Origin: Octopus sinensis
Taxonomy: Eukaryota
Length of the DNA: 64,000 nucleotides
Reading direction: 5' to 3'
NCBI RefSeq assembly: GCF_006345805.1
Contig: NC_043019.1
Location: forward strand, 5,269,360-5,333,359
Positions 24,000 through 37,552 of this stretch are shown here, piece by piece; positions within the stretch are counted from its first letter, which is position 1; the number at the start of each line of letters is the position of its first letter. The notes under the pieces are model-generated. The model was not told the DNA's origin. It did not search any database and worked only from the letters and a program-made list of their open reading frames with translations. The position numbers and the translations under genes were made by a program.

Positions 24000-24396
24000 A
24001 CTCTCTTTTACTCTTTTACTTGTTTCAGTCGTTTGACTGCGGCCATGCTGGAGCACCACCTTTAGTCGAGCAACTCGACCCCGGGACTTATTCTTTGTAA
24101 GCCTAGTACTTATTCTATCGGACTCTTTTGCCGAACCGCTAAGTTACGGGGACGTAAACACACCAGCATCGGTTGTCAAGCAATGCTAGGGGGACAAACA
24201 CAGACACAAACATACACACACACATATATATACGACGGGCTTCTTTCAGTTTCCGTCTACCAGATCCACTCCCAAGGCTTTGGTCGGCCTGAGGCTATAG
24301 TAGAAGACACTTGCCCAAGGTGCCACGCATTGGAACTGAACCCGGAACCATGTGGTTGGTAAGCAAGCTACTTACCATACAGCCACTCCTGCGCCT
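24000..24396 (-). mobile_element. SINE family A
   Basis: Same structure; about 50 bp from the PHAX exon 5 acceptor. Confidence 0.85.
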
Positions 24397-26241
24397 ATTC
24401 TCTGTACGTTTATTCTCTGACAACGTTTTGGTAATGCTCCAACTTTCACAACACACCGATCCACAGAACAAGCTAACAAGAGTATATATGGGGTTGTTTG
24501 ACCTGTTAAATATAATAGCTAAATTCCTTAACACATACCATACTGTCATTATCCTCATTATCATTCCTCATTCAGTTTTCCATTCTGGCACGCTGTGCTG
24601 GTGGCACGTAAAAAGCACCAACCAATTGTGACTGCTGCCAGCCTCCCCTGGCACCTGTGCTGGTGTCACGTAAAAAGCACCCACTACACTCATGGAGTGG
24701 TTGGCATTAGGAAGGGAATCCAGCTGTAGAAACACTGCCAGATCAGACTGGAATCTGGTGCAGCCTTCTGGCTTCCCAGACCCCGGTCAAACCATGGAAA
24801 ATGGACATTAAACGATGATAATGATGAATGGGTTGGGCGGTTCAACAGGAGATGGCGAGTCAGTGAGTTACACCAAGCTCCATTTGTCCGTTTCAGAATA
24901 GTTTTTGTGGTTGGATGCCCTTCCTAATGCAACTCATTTTACAGAGTGTGGACTGGGTGTTTTTTACATGGCAGGAGCAGGTTTGCCAAGTAGCTTGCAA
25001 AACAATGGCCACTCGGATGAGAGAGAGAGAGAGAGAGAGTGGAACTGAGGGAAGCGACAGTGTGCCAGGTGAGAGGTTAGTATATGATAGAGGGACAGAG
25101 ATAGTTGTCGTATGATAGAGGAGATACTTGGCTACCTTAGGACGAAGAAGGAGAGGAAGGTGGAAGAGAGAGTTAGAGAGAAAGATAAAAAGACAGATTG
25201 AGAGAGGAGAAAGAAATAGATGGTGTTGGAGATGTGTTGAGGGGGGGGGTATCTACAGTAAATAGAGGCAGGGGTAGTATAAGTAGTAGAGAGGGGATAG
25301 AGGGGGATGTTGCACAAGAGTGTGAGGAGATACGTTATGTTTAGAGATGGGGAAGATATGACTTAGCGAGTGATGGTGAGAGAAAATGGATTGGCTGGAG
25401 GGGGGGGGATAGGAGGGAGGGTATGGTAGAGTGGAAGGGCCTGCAGTGGGTGGTAATGATGCGTAGTGGAATGGGGGGATTTTAGGAAGATGGGTGTTTT
25501 GGTAGGACAGATAATGTGTGCATGTATGTGTGAGGGCCATGGTTGTATTGGAAAACAGGGCGGTGAGCTGGCAGAAACGTTAGCACGCCGGGCGAAATGA
25601 GTAGCCGTATTTTGTCTGTCGCTACGTTCTGAGTTCAAATTCTGCCGAGGTCGACTTTGCCTTTCATCCTTTCAGGGTCGATTAAGTAAGTACCAGTTAC
25701 GCACTGGTGTCGATATAATCGACTTAATCCCTTTGTCCGTCCTTGTTTGTGTTTAGCCCCTTGTGGGTAGTAAAGAAATAGGTTGTATTGGACAAACAGA
25801 TAAGGGAGCAGTTGAGCCTGTCAAAGGATTTCTCCATGTCAACAAAAGCCAAGCACAGGGGTTCATTTTTGGCGAAATGCTTCTCCTGCAGTTGCCTCAT
25901 CAGAAAAATACCACCGATAGTGCTTCACCCAAGCGCAAAACCAAACTGCATCTCATCTAGTCTAACTTCGTAGTAGAATACAGTCTGAAAATCCAATGAC
26001 TCTCTTAGCACACAGATCCTCCAGTCCTCTCACAACAAATGGCAAATAGCCATCTCCAGACATCCCCATTGCTTGATTTCCACCTGGCTCCAATGAAATG
26101 CAGTTTGGTTTTGTGTTAAAACCAATCAGTTGTTTAGATCCAGGTGAGCTGTGAAAGAGTAAAATTATGATCAAAGACACTCCAGCCATTGAAGACATCT
26201 TATACACATTCATCACACACAAACAGACAAATATGAGTATA

Positions 26242-26619
26242 CTCTTTACTCTTTTACTGGTTTCAGTCATTTGACTGCGGCCATGCTGGAGCACCGCCTT
26301 TTTAATCGAGCAACTCGACCCCGGGACTTATTCTTTTGTAAGCCCAGTACTTATTCTATCGGTCTCTTTTGTCGAACCACTAAGTAACGGAGACATAAAC
26401 ACACCAGCATCGGTTGTCAAGCAATGCTAGGGGGACAAACACACACACATATATACGATGGGCTTCTTTCAGTTTCCGTCTACCAAATCCACTCACAAGG
26501 CTTTGGTCAGCCCGAGGCTATAGTAGAAGACACTTGCCCAAGGTGCCACGCAGTGGTACTGAACCTGGAACCATGTGGTTGGTAAGCAAGCTACTTACCA
26601 CACAGCCACTCCTGCGCCT
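26242..26619 (-). mobile_element. SINE family A
   Basis: Same structure. Confidence 0.85.
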
Positions 26620-26809
26620 ATGTGTGTGGTTTGCCTACATGATGTGGTTTGGGGTTCAGTCCCACTGCATGGTACCGTCAACAAGTCTTTTCTTCCACAG
26701 ACTTAGGTCAACCAAATCTTGCAAGTGGATCTGGTAGTGAGAAGCTGAAAAAAGACTGCCCCTGTGTGTGTATGGGCACGTCCCTGTGTACTTGTTTACA
26801 TCTATTTTC

Positions 26810-27315
26810 ATCATCATCATCATCATTTAGCGTCCGCTTTCCATGCTAGCATGGGTTGGACGGTTCAACTGGGGTCTGGGAAGCCAGGAGGCTGCACCAG
26901 GCCCAGTCTGATCTGGCAATGTTTCTACGGCTGGATGCCCTTCCTAACGCCAACCACTCCGTGAGTGTAGTGGGTGCTTTTTACGTGCCGCCGGCACAGG
27001 TGCCAGACGGGGCTGGCAAACAGCGACGGTCGGATGGTGCTTTTTACGTGCCACCGGCACGGGGGCCAGGCGAGGCTGGCAGCAGCCACGACCGGATAGT
27101 GCTTTTTATGTGCCACCAGCATGGGGGCCAGGCGAGGCTGGCAAAGGCCACGACCGGATAGTGCTTTTTATGTGCCACCAGCATGGGGGCCAGGCGAGGC
27201 TGGCAAAGGCCACGACCGGATAGTGCTTTTTATGTGCCACCAGCATGGGGGCCAGGCGAGGCTGGCAACGGCCACGACCGGATAGTGCTTTTTACGTGCC
27301 ACCGGCATGGAGGCC
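26810..27315 (-). mobile_element. SINE family C ((GAT)n tail; GGTTGGCGTTAGGAAGGGCATCC core) with expanded 62-bp internal units
   Basis: Other copies at about 20-365, 4960-5115, 5740-6030, 10900-11180, 24590-24830, 28800-29000, 31880-32260, 37110-37460, 41730-41915, 49610-49857, 50130-50460 and 57995-58420. Confidence 0.8.
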
Positions 27316-27526
27316 CGTCGGGGCAGCGCTATGAATGGTTATGCAGAAGTCCAGTAGGTGGTGTTGTTGTCAGTTTCTCCCAGTAAGTGACCCCTTGCTT
27401 GAAAAACAGATGTAGTTTAATATTAGAAAGGGCATCCATGCCTCAATAGCATATTCATCTAATCCACGAGGCATTGGGAAACGGGACATAAAATGAAAAA
27501 AAAAAACAACAAAAAAAAAACATTAC

Positions 27527-27663
27527 CTTAGAATCTTCTTAGTTTTGGCTTTTTCCTTCTTTTCATCATTAAATATGTCTTTCATATTCTGCTTTGTTAC
27601 TTCAGAATCTGTCTTCAGAAGTTGGAAGAATACACCACCAGGAGTCCGTCTGCGCCCTCCATC
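27527..27663 (-). CDS. PHAX: PHAX exon 4 (DGGRRRTPGGVFFQLLK...), RNA-binding domain
   Basis: Signature RRRTPGGVF; acceptor ttttcag, donor AG|GTAATG; phase 0 to phase 2. Confidence 0.95.
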
Positions 27664-27709
27664 CTGAAAAGACACCACATTGATAAGTTCTGAAAACTTA
27701 TTACACCTT

Positions 27710-27937
27710 CAACCCTTTCACATTTAAACTGGCCACATCCAACCAAAATATTCCGCCTGGTTTATGTTCAAAGTGGCCAGATCTAGCCTTTCACACCTGT
27801 TCAACAATGTCATTAAAAAAAATAAATGATCACAACATCAAAATCACCAAACTATGTGCTAATGCATGAGTAATTCAAAACAATGTGAAAGAACAAGCAT
27901 TCCAATTGATAAAGGAATTCGAATGCTAAAGGGTTAA
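27710..27937. mobile_element. Second TTAA-type MITE family (CCCTTT...GCTAAAGGG|TTAA)
   Basis: Related copies at about 51357-51577, 55790-56008, 31715-31875 and 61855-62050. Confidence 0.65.
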
Positions 27938-28014
27938 AAAAACCATTTTAAAAAATTTGTTTTGAAATCTTAATGCTGATGCCACAGGCCTATGTCTTTT
28001 GAAACAGTACACCT

Positions 28015-28329
28015 ATTTCTTTACTACCCACAAGGGGTTAAACACAGAGGAGACAAACAAGGACAGACAGACAGATTAAGACGATTATATCGACCCCAGT
28101 GTGTAACTGGTACTTAATTTATCGACCCCCAAAAGGATGAAAGGCAAAGTCGACCTCGACGGAATTTGAACTCAGAACGTAGTTCAAATTCCGCTGAGGT
28201 CAACTCTGCCTTTCATCCTTTCGGAGTCGATAAATTAAGTACCAGTTACGCACTGGGGTCAATATAATTGACTTAATCCGTTTGTCTGTCCTCTCTGTAT
28301 TTAGCCCCTTGTGGGTAGTAAAGAAATAG
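28015..28329. mobile_element. Head-to-head fused pair of family-B SINEs (foldback)
   Basis: Centre GAATTTGAACT-cagaacgt-AGTTCAAATTC; arms about 150 bp. Confidence 0.8.
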
Positions 28330-29695
28330 GCTTGACAGGAATTGGCGAGGGCAAGAACCTGCACCAGACTTCTGTGTCTGTTTTGGCACGGTTTTTACAG
28401 CTGGATGCCCTTCCTAACACCAACCACCCAGTCCTAGTTATCTTGGAGGAGAATGGGGTGGTCATGGCTGGAACACCTTTGAACCATTTAACATGTACAC
28501 TATACTAGAAAGTGGAAAAAACTCAACAAATGGTTGTCGCAGGAGGTGAATGAAAAACAAATAAAAAAGCCATTGTAAAATCTGTTCAGCCTTTCTTTTG
28601 TGCAACAAAAATATCAACCGGTTTTTTTTTATTGTATTGTGATGTGTAGCCAAAAACATGCCATTTCATGCAGTGGCTGCACTGAGGCAAAGCCCCCAAA
28701 ACACCTTCCACAAACCAAAGCTGCATTAAAAGTTTACGGTCACCATAAAATCCTCCACCAGAATTTCTCAAACGCAGGTAAAACGACCACAGTACAGAAT
28801 TATTGTTTGCAAGAATCTTGTGCTGGAGCCACATAAATGGCACCCATGCTGGCTCCACATGAAAAGCACATGGCACACTCTGTAAAGTGGTTGGCATTAG
28901 GAAGGGCATCCACTGTAGAAACCAAGATTGGAACCTGATGCATCTCTCCTGATTGCCAGCTCTGGTCAAACTGTCCAACCCATGCCAGCATGACAAACAG
29001 ACATTAAATTATGAAGATGCAACATTTACGTCTAGCATTGGTTATGACAACATCTGTCCATGTTATGTCCAACATCTGCAAATGATTCTGCGAAAACTAA
29101 AGGAACTGCATTAAAAAAGTTGTCACCCGAAAAACAAGTTTTTCTTCATCAAGACTCTACAAGTTTTAACTCAAGGTTGTACACTGAACTCACCCTAGTC
29201 TATCCCTAATAAAACCCAACACATATCAAGGAAACATTCAACTATAGCTTGAACAGTACAACAAAGCTAAAAACCTCAAAGTCACTACAAATATTAACCC
29301 TTTCGTTATTGTATTTCTTTTGAGATGTTCTGCGTTTCTTTCAATTACTATAAATATAACAAAGAATTTAGAAAAAATAACTCAGTCATCACTAAGCTAG
29401 TGTCAGGAACATAAATTGTGGATAAGGTTTGGTGGAAGATTTTAATTCAAAATTTATGAAAACAAGACATTTGTACTCAGAGCCAGGGGTGGTTTCAGCT
29501 GGGCTTCTACTTTTGTCAAATGGCACCCCTCATTACACAATCAGTGAACAGAGCATCAGAGAGGGTAACATGAGATGATAATGAACAGGGTAATTGATAG
29601 AGATGAATGGGGGGACATAACAAAAGTATAGAGCAAGGCATGGACACCACAACTTCCTATGGCCATGTAAAAACCTGTTAATATTTGTTACTCAC

Positions 29696-29787
29696 ATTGG
29701 TCATCATTCCACCATGGTCTTCAATATCTCTGGTAAGACGGGTCACAGCTAGAGCTTTCTTCTTGCCCAAAACTTGGACAACTTTCT
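29696..29787 (-). CDS. PHAX: PHAX exon 3 (EKVVQVLGKKKALAVTRLTRDIEDHGGMMTN), RNA-binding domain
   Basis: Poly-T acceptor tatag, donor AAT|GTGAGT; phase 1 to phase 0 fits neighbours; not in ORF track. Confidence 0.92.
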
Positions 29788-30478
29788 CTATAAAAAAAAA
29801 AAAAAAAAAAAGATCACATTGAGAAATATTCAGATATTTCCAACATTGACAACGTATCTTGAAAACCTCAAATGGTTAAGGGGATTTAGTTCTTAGCTCT
29901 GCTTTAAGATATCAAATGGATAATCCTCTTCTTTGGAAACATTGCTTATCTAGTAACATTCTCTAATCTTGTCCTTGACAATTAAGTGAATATAGAATAA
30001 TGCTGTGTTTCTGAGGTACCATTGGTTTTTTTTTTACTTTGTTTAGTCATTAGACTGTGGCTATGCTGGAGCACTGCCGTGAAGACGTTTTCAGCTGAAT
30101 GAACTGACCTTAGTACTTATTTATTTTGCTAAGCCTGGTGCTTATTCTATTGGTCTCTTTTTGCCAAAATGCTAAGTTATGGGAACATAAATAAACCAAC
30201 ACAGTTGGTAAGTGGCAGTGGGTGACAAAGACACACACACATATATATATATATATACACACATTCACATACATACCTATACACATCTTCAAGTATTTAG
30301 TTTTGTCCTTCGTATGTTCTGAGTTCAAATCCTCCCAGAATTGATATCAATCATTAAATTAGATGATCTAATTAACATGACCCCCACCACCTCTTCACTA
30401 GAAATTTGTGTAACATTATGTTGATTATTAGATATAATATTTCAATCCATGATAGAATACAAAGCCACAAATTTTTAA

Positions 30479-30884
30479 GGATCTTTTCCGTTTGAACGGC
30501 AGTTTTTACCATAATTTCCACGTAACTAAAAAATGTTAAACTTCGTATACTGGTAGAATGTGTTTATAAAACATCTTTTTCTCTTGGCTTTATTGAGAAA
30601 ATTCTATGGTTTGTAAGATATTTGTTGTTTTTTTCTTCAATTTCTGCAATTTCAACCAATCAATGACGTCTATTGAGGTAAAGAACATTCTGTCCCTCGT
30701 TTAAGAAACAGATTGGGTTTATTTACATTTGTGAAGAGAAAAAAGATACCTTCCCCCCACCCCTAACCATAACCATAACCCTAAAACAGATTGAAATGCA
30801 ATAGATCGATACTAGGGTCATAATTATGGGTGACAATTTCAATTGACACTGCTAGAAAAAACTGCCGTTCAAACCGAAAGATCC
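30479..30884. mobile_element. GGATC MITE, TSD ATTTTTAA
   Basis: TIRs plus exact TSD; in PHAX intron 2. Confidence 0.9.
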
Positions 30885-32347
30885 ATTTTTAAATACCAAA
30901 TACACTATCAAGGTGTGAGTGTGTATGTGGATAAGATGTTCATTTTGTAACCATGCTGTTCTGGGTTTGATTCTACTGCATAGCACTCTGGTTAAGGGTT
31001 TTCTATCAGAGCCTAGCCACAGGTTAACCACTGTGAGTTGGAACTGGTAAGTAAAAACTAGATAAGACACAGGGTGAGCGTGTATAGATGAATGCTGTGT
31101 CCCTGCATTCATAAAAAGTGCACATTTTTTATTTGTAGTTGCATACCAATGGGGAAAAGCCAAAACATGATGCTTGTGAAATAAGTTCCCTTTGATATTC
31201 ATTCTGTGTTGAGTAACAGAGACACTCCTTTGTGGAGGCACATGGCCTAGTGGTTAGAGCAGCGGACTCGCAGTCGAGGGATCGCGGGTTTGAATCTCAG
31301 ACCGGGCGATGTGTGTGTTTATGATCGAAGCACCTATGCTCCAGGCGGTTCCGGCAGAAGGTAATGGCGAAACTTCTGCTGACTCATTCATCACAACTTT
31401 CTCTCACTCTTTCCTCCTGCATCTAGCAGCTCACATGCGACGGACCGGTGTCCCGTCCAGGTGGGGAACCTCTACGCCAAGAAACCCTGGAAACCGGCCC
31501 TTATGAGCCAGGCATGGCTCGTGAAGGAACAAACAACAGACACTCCTTTGTCATTCACATTGTCAGACAAACATGTACCAGCCAGTCATTTGGTCCACTG
31601 AAAACTTGTCATCAATGACATTATTGTTTACCAACAAGGAAATAATTAAATAAATATAAAACACAATAGAAAATATAATAAATGATATTTATGTGAAGTC
31701 TAACCGATGCAGCCTTTAACACTTTAGCATTCAGATTATGTGATGTTTATTTATGCACATTATTTTCAATTACTCAGGCATTATCTTTTTGTGCTGACAT
31801 TTTGATGATGTACTTGTGTATTTTTAGTGTGGCAATGTAGGATAGGTGTGAGAGGCTGAATATGGCCAGTTGGTACATCATCATCATTTAACGTCCGCTT
31901 TCCATGCTAGCATGGGTTGGACGGTTCGACCGGGGTCTGGTAAGCCATGGAGGCCGCACCGGGTTCCAGTCTGATTTGGCAGTGTTTCTACAGCTGGATG
32001 TCCTTCCTAATGCCAACCACTCCGTGAGTGTAGTGGGTGTTTTTTATGTGCCACCGGCACAGGGGCCAGAACAGGCTGGCAAATGGCCATGATCGGTTGG
32101 TGCTTTTACGTGTCACCGACACGGACGCCAGTCAGGTGGCGCTGGCATCTGCCACGTTCGGACGGTGCTTTTTACATGTCACCTGCATGGGTGTCTTAAC
32201 TACAATTTCCATTTGAATTTTTATTTTGATGTTGATGTACTTGACTCAATAGGTCTCCTCAAGAACAGCGGGTCACTCAACAAATATAATATTTGGGCCA
32301 GACATAGCTGATTTAAATGCTAAAGGGTTAAGAAATCAATATCTTAC

Positions 32348-33053
32348 CTATGAGGTACACTTTTGACTCTTCAAGAAAATCAGCAATGGCTTCTGTAACT
32401 TTTTCCTCATCATCATCAACTGTGACATCAAAAGCCTTCCTCTGTGGCGCTCTGTCAGTTGGTTTTGGACCGAGACGTTTTTTGGCACTGCGCCTCCTTT
32501 TCTCGGCTTTTTTATACACTCCATTGAAGTTCTCTTCAAGTTTTTCTAAATCAGGGACACTATCAAACAGGTCATCATTTTTCTTGCTGGGCATCACAGA
32601 ATCAACGCCCGCTTCCGCCGGCCAAGGCCGGGTGTCCTTCAGCGCCTTTTTGTAGCTGTAAGATTCTACCTGCCGATCACTGTAACCCTCTTCTTTGTGC
32701 TCCATGTCAAACCCGTGGAAACCTTGAGACAACATCTGTGATCGTAATACAGAACCCCAAATATTCTTTTTCTTTGGTTTGCTAGCAGTGTTAGAATCTG
32801 TGACACCCTGGCCAAAGGAAAACTGTGCATTGGGTACTTGGAAAGTGGAGTTCGTGTTAATAGAATTGCTGAAACTAAACTCCATAGAACTCTGCTGATC
32901 TTTCGAAGCAATACCATACCGTTTCTTTTTCCAGGTAAACTTTTCATCATCGCTGTCATCTGAACTTGATGATGCAATCTTTGCATCTGATTTGCTGCGA
33001 TAGGATGTGGGGTTCACTGGCTTTCTGTAATTCTGAGAAATGGTCGATGATGC
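32348..33053 (-). CDS. PHAX: PHAX exon 2
   Basis: Acceptor tttcag, donor G|GTAAGA; contains SDSDDE..WKKKR, KKNIWGSVL, RQVESYSY, KRRRSAKKRLG, VTVDDDEEKV, all collinear with PHAX. Confidence 0.95.
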
Positions 33054-33368
33054 CTGAAACAGAAAATGAGCAAATCATTTTTAATAAATAACATTGTGCA
33101 ACAAGATTTTTGTCCTTGGGTAGCAACCGTTATTTCCTATTTGCTTTTGCTCCTATGAAAAATGGTTAATATTTCTTTCAAAATTTACTTTTGTTACATT
33201 TATTCAAGCTCCAAAGAATCCCTCCCAACACATGGCTACGATGCCCCTCCATTTATTCCTGCTCATGATCAGAGATGCATATACTGTCAGGCACCAAAGG
33301 AAATGCTTAACTTGTTAAGACCAAGCAACTGACAAGCAAATCTCTGGTATTCAACAGAATATTTCCTA

Positions 33369-33628
33369 CTAGCAGTATCGCCCGGTGTTGCTCGGGTTTG
33401 TTTCAACCCGCTGGAATTGGAATTTTTGAAAAGTAAAAATTTTGCATTATGTAGCTTGTCATTCTCTTCAAGTGAACATTTTTCTGGTTGAAATCCATGA
33501 CCGAATCGAATCTACTTCGAAAAATCATAGGTAAATTCTAATTGAAGAAATTCTATATTGTAGAATTGTATTAAAAAGAAACATGGTAACAGGCAGAGAA
33601 AATCTGCCTTTTATCATAAGAGATGATA
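33369..33628 (-). mobile_element. Helentron-associated HINE/DINE-1-like element
   Basis: ACTAGCAGTATCGCCCGG.GTTGCTCGGG end; other end TATATATAAAAG plus (TG)n. Confidence 0.55.
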
Positions 33629-34269
33629 ATATTTTCGCTTCAGCAGTTAAGCACTGAATCAGTCTGAAATGTAATGGAAAAGGTCAGTTTTGAAACATTG
33701 ATGTCCAGGTCACAAAAGCAAAGTTTGAAGGAAATAGTAGTAATTTCTTTCGATTTCTAGATAGAAGCAAGTAGAAAATAACACTGACCAAAGACGAAAA
33801 AATAAATAAAATAAACTGGATATACACCCAGTTTGTCAGTCTATCCTATACAATTATCAACAGTAGGTTGGAATATGTATTATACTTCTAACCTACGCAC
33901 AGGCACGTTGGAATAATAATAGATCCGTGGATCACACCTAGGCATGGGTCCACTTTATCAGCTGATTTGGTGGTGGTTGGATACACAATAGAACACTATA
34001 ACTCACACTACAGTTTGAAAATTACATAAAGGAAAATTACCTGCAGGATTTATCTATCTATCTATCTATCTATCTATCTGTGAGTGTGTGTATTACTTGG
34101 TATCGTTGATCGACTTGTTGAAACCAATAAAAGAATTACTGATGGTAGAACAAAGGTTATTGATTGAAATTGGTTTTATTGGGACTTCCAAGATTCGCCT
34201 ATAACGGTTTATCCAAGTAGTCGTATTGAATAAGCCGTTAAGGAGGAAACTCGTAGTCCTGGCCAAATC

Positions 34270-34353
34270 ATCGTGTGTGTGTGTGTATATATATACATAC
34301 ATATGCAGCCACGTGTGTGTGTGTATATATATACATACATATGCAGCTACGTG

Positions 34354-34384
<31 letters not shown>

Positions 34385-34392
34385 GCAGCTAC

Positions 34393-34444
<52 letters not shown>

Positions 34445-34500
34445 GCAGCTACGTGTATATATATATATATATATATATACATATGCAGCTACGTGTATAT

Positions 34501-34543
<43 letters not shown>

Positions 34544-34551
34544 GCAGCTAC

Positions 34552-34587
<36 letters not shown>

Positions 34588-34635
34588 GCAGCTACGTGTA
34601 TATATATATATAATATATATATATATATACTATAT
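34270..34635. repeat. CATATGCAGCTACGTG-(TA)n compound minisatellite, about 7 units
   Basis: Direct. Confidence 0.95.
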
Positions 34636-35882
34636 ATGTTCTGCATAACTGGCATTAGAATTTTTCTTTTGCCCTTATTTTGTAAATTATTTATGAATTT
34701 AACCTTTAAAGCTATTTTTTGATATGCTGGCCATTGATAAAATTTTTTCCCGAAAAAAATTTTATCCTACATTAGTCATATATATATATATATATACTTT
34801 ATAATTAGGGTTCAGCAAAGAATTGCTTTACCACATACCGAAGTTTAGAAATAGCAGTCAAAAAACCTTAGCTATTTCTTCTACTTTAAAAAGGGACTCA
34901 CAGAAAAACCAAAATTTTGAAATATACATTTTCAGACGTTTATATATATATATATATATATGACTTCTGCAAATGTATATTTCAAAATTTATACCTTCGT
35001 TAGATCGAACCAAGCTTCACAGGGAAGTGAGACGTTCATGCCTTTTTTTTTCTTCTAAATAAATGAAGGATTATACAAACGCAAACACACATGCAAGGTA
35101 TAACAGTAGTGTAACTGTGGGAATGCAAACATGATGATAGACACGAACAAAAATATCAATTAACACAAATAAAACATTTATTACTCAGAGATGCAATTAA
35201 GCCTTATAACTTTTGACCAAAGATTAACAACCTGCTAAAAGTTTTTAAAATTATTATTTTTATAATAATAATCATTTTGTTTAAATCAGAAATTGGCAAG
35301 ACTGGGAAGTTTACAATTGTTTTTTATTTCTTAAACGTGTGTCTACCTGACGAATATTGAATAATGAAACTACTTTTGTTTTCGTCTGCAGTGAAGTGTG
35401 GACATTAATTGTGCAAGTGTTCGTACATTTTCAACCATAATTAACTGAGACATCATTTAAAAATATTCTGGAAACGAAACAGTTTAATATCAATTAATCA
35501 TCGAAGACTGATGAAAATGGAATTGATATAACAAAATAAAATAATGAAGTTCGAGGTTGTTTGTTAACAATATATGTCGATATAGTTGTAAAATGAAAAG
35601 AATTATTGTCTTATATGAATTTTACAGACATTAATGAATAATAGGAAGACTGTAAATTGGATAATTTCTCATTTAAAATAATTTTATAGCTTCATAAACA
35701 TAGTTTTGGTGGGGAATTAATTTCCCCAGTTAAACTACCATTATGCCCTAACATAATCACGCACCACTTCAATAGGAGGAATTGTTCACGTTAAAAATTT
35801 ACAGAAAATATGCAATAATAATGACAACCGTAATAATTTGTAAAGACACTGATATAAGAAGAGTGTTATAAACCCTGATTAC

Positions 35883-35957
35883 CTGGATCTTTGAAGAAGC
35901 TTCATGATCAGAATCGGAGTCTAACAATTCACCGTCTTCCAGTTCCAATGCCGCCAT
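35883..35957 (-). CDS. PHAX: PHAX exon 1 (MAALELEDGELLDSDSDHEASSKIQ)
   Basis: ATG 35957, donor CAG|GTAATC; matches PHAX N-terminal MEDGQLSDSDSD motif. Confidence 0.92.
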
Positions 35958-37552
35958 CACAAATTCAGTTTCGCGGCAGAAACCACTTCCGCTGCCGAGG
36001 CCACGATTTGAAACCGTTTCGTCTGAATCACTCCACCAATTGGATTCTCTTCTTAGTTTTATGTCATCCACATTTTTTGTTAACTTAGCCCGCTATGCTA
36101 AACCACATTCCTAATTAATTAAGCCTACGAATCCCATTAAAACGTTCGCAAAGAAGCCAGAAACCACGGGGAAGAGACCTTTGATGAAATCACCCCCCTC
36201 CAAGGCCTTCACTGATTCTTTTATTTTATCAACGGAAAGTTGAACGAGCAACGTTGACTTCGCTGGGATTTGAATTCAAAGCCTAAAGCCCACGAGGCAT
36301 TTCCTTCGACTACCTAACGATTCGGTTAATTTACCGACTTAGATTTAAACATTAATTAATAACGGAGGTAGGGAGAAGACCACACAATTTGGATGAAGAA
36401 GGGTGTTGCTAATTAAATTGCTGCTTGTACTTATCTTATGGACCCCGGAAGTATGCAAGGGAGAAAATCGACAGAAATTAAACGGGAATTTGATGGGCCG
36501 TAGTTTTAAATTCTTCAGGTTCCGATGATCGAATAATTCTCTGCCAAACCATTGCCCTTCCTCGGTCCTTCTTAATTGTTGATTCTGATTTAGGGAAGTA
36601 GGGTTAGTCGATTACATCGGCCCTAATACCTGATTGGTACTTTATTTTACGGAACCTGGAGAGATGAAAGGCAAAGTTGATCTCGGAAGAAATACTGTAA
36701 AGCATTTCTTCCCAACCTTTCGCCCTCGTCTGGTGCTAAAAATAAGAATTTCTTACATTGGTACCAAGTCACACATTAGCATATCCGTGAGTATACTGGG
36801 CTCATAGAATAACTAAATGATGCTTATTTTATTGACTTCTAGGTATGATACTGGAAATAAGCGAAGTCTAATTAAACTGTAGAGCGATAGAATGAAAATA
36901 CTACAAAACATATTTCAGCTTTTGTCCATTTTCTGCGAATATTTGTTTTAATCCCTCGGATTAGAGCTAATTATTTGTAACAGAATTTTCCAATAGGTCA
37001 ATCAGTCTGATTGACTTACGAAAGCGAATGGAGAGTTACTCAAATGACACTAAGTATGTTAGGAACGTAAAATAATTGCTTAGGGGGACCAAAGAAACAT
37101 ACCTACAGACATCATCATCATCGTTTAGCGTCCGCTTTCCATGCTAGCATGGGTTAGACGGTTCAACTGGGGTCTGGGAAGCCAGAAGGCTGTACCAGGT
37201 ACAATCTAAGATCTGGCAATGTTTCTACGGCTGGATGCCCTTCCTAACGCCAACCACTCCATGAGTGTAGTGGGTGCTTTTTACGTGCCATCGACACGGA
37301 GGGCAGGCGAGGCTGGCAACGGCCACGATCGGATGGTGCTTTTTACATGCCACCGGCACGGAGGCCAGTCGGGGCGGCGCTGGCAAAGGCCACGTTCGGA
37401 TGATTCTCTTATGTACCACCGGCACTGGATCACTGCTACAATTTCCATTGATGTTGATCGATTTTGATTTTGATATATATAAATACATATAAAATCGTTA
37501 GCCCAAACCAGTTAGCTGATCCCCTTTTTCATAGCACTTGAGAAAGCTTATC

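Noticed and set aside
26414-27386. Recurrent ORFs such as MSSNARGT..., MLAWVG..., MDGSTGVWEARR...
   Set aside because: These are open frames within SINE families A and C, repeated across copies, with no protein-like features.
34270-34635. CRISPR-like repeat-spacer array
   Set aside because: Spacers are pure (TA)n, the context is eukaryotic and there are no cas genes.
35958-36071. 38-aa N-terminal extension of PHAX in the ORF track
   Set aside because: It starts at GTG, not ATG; homology begins at ATG 35957.
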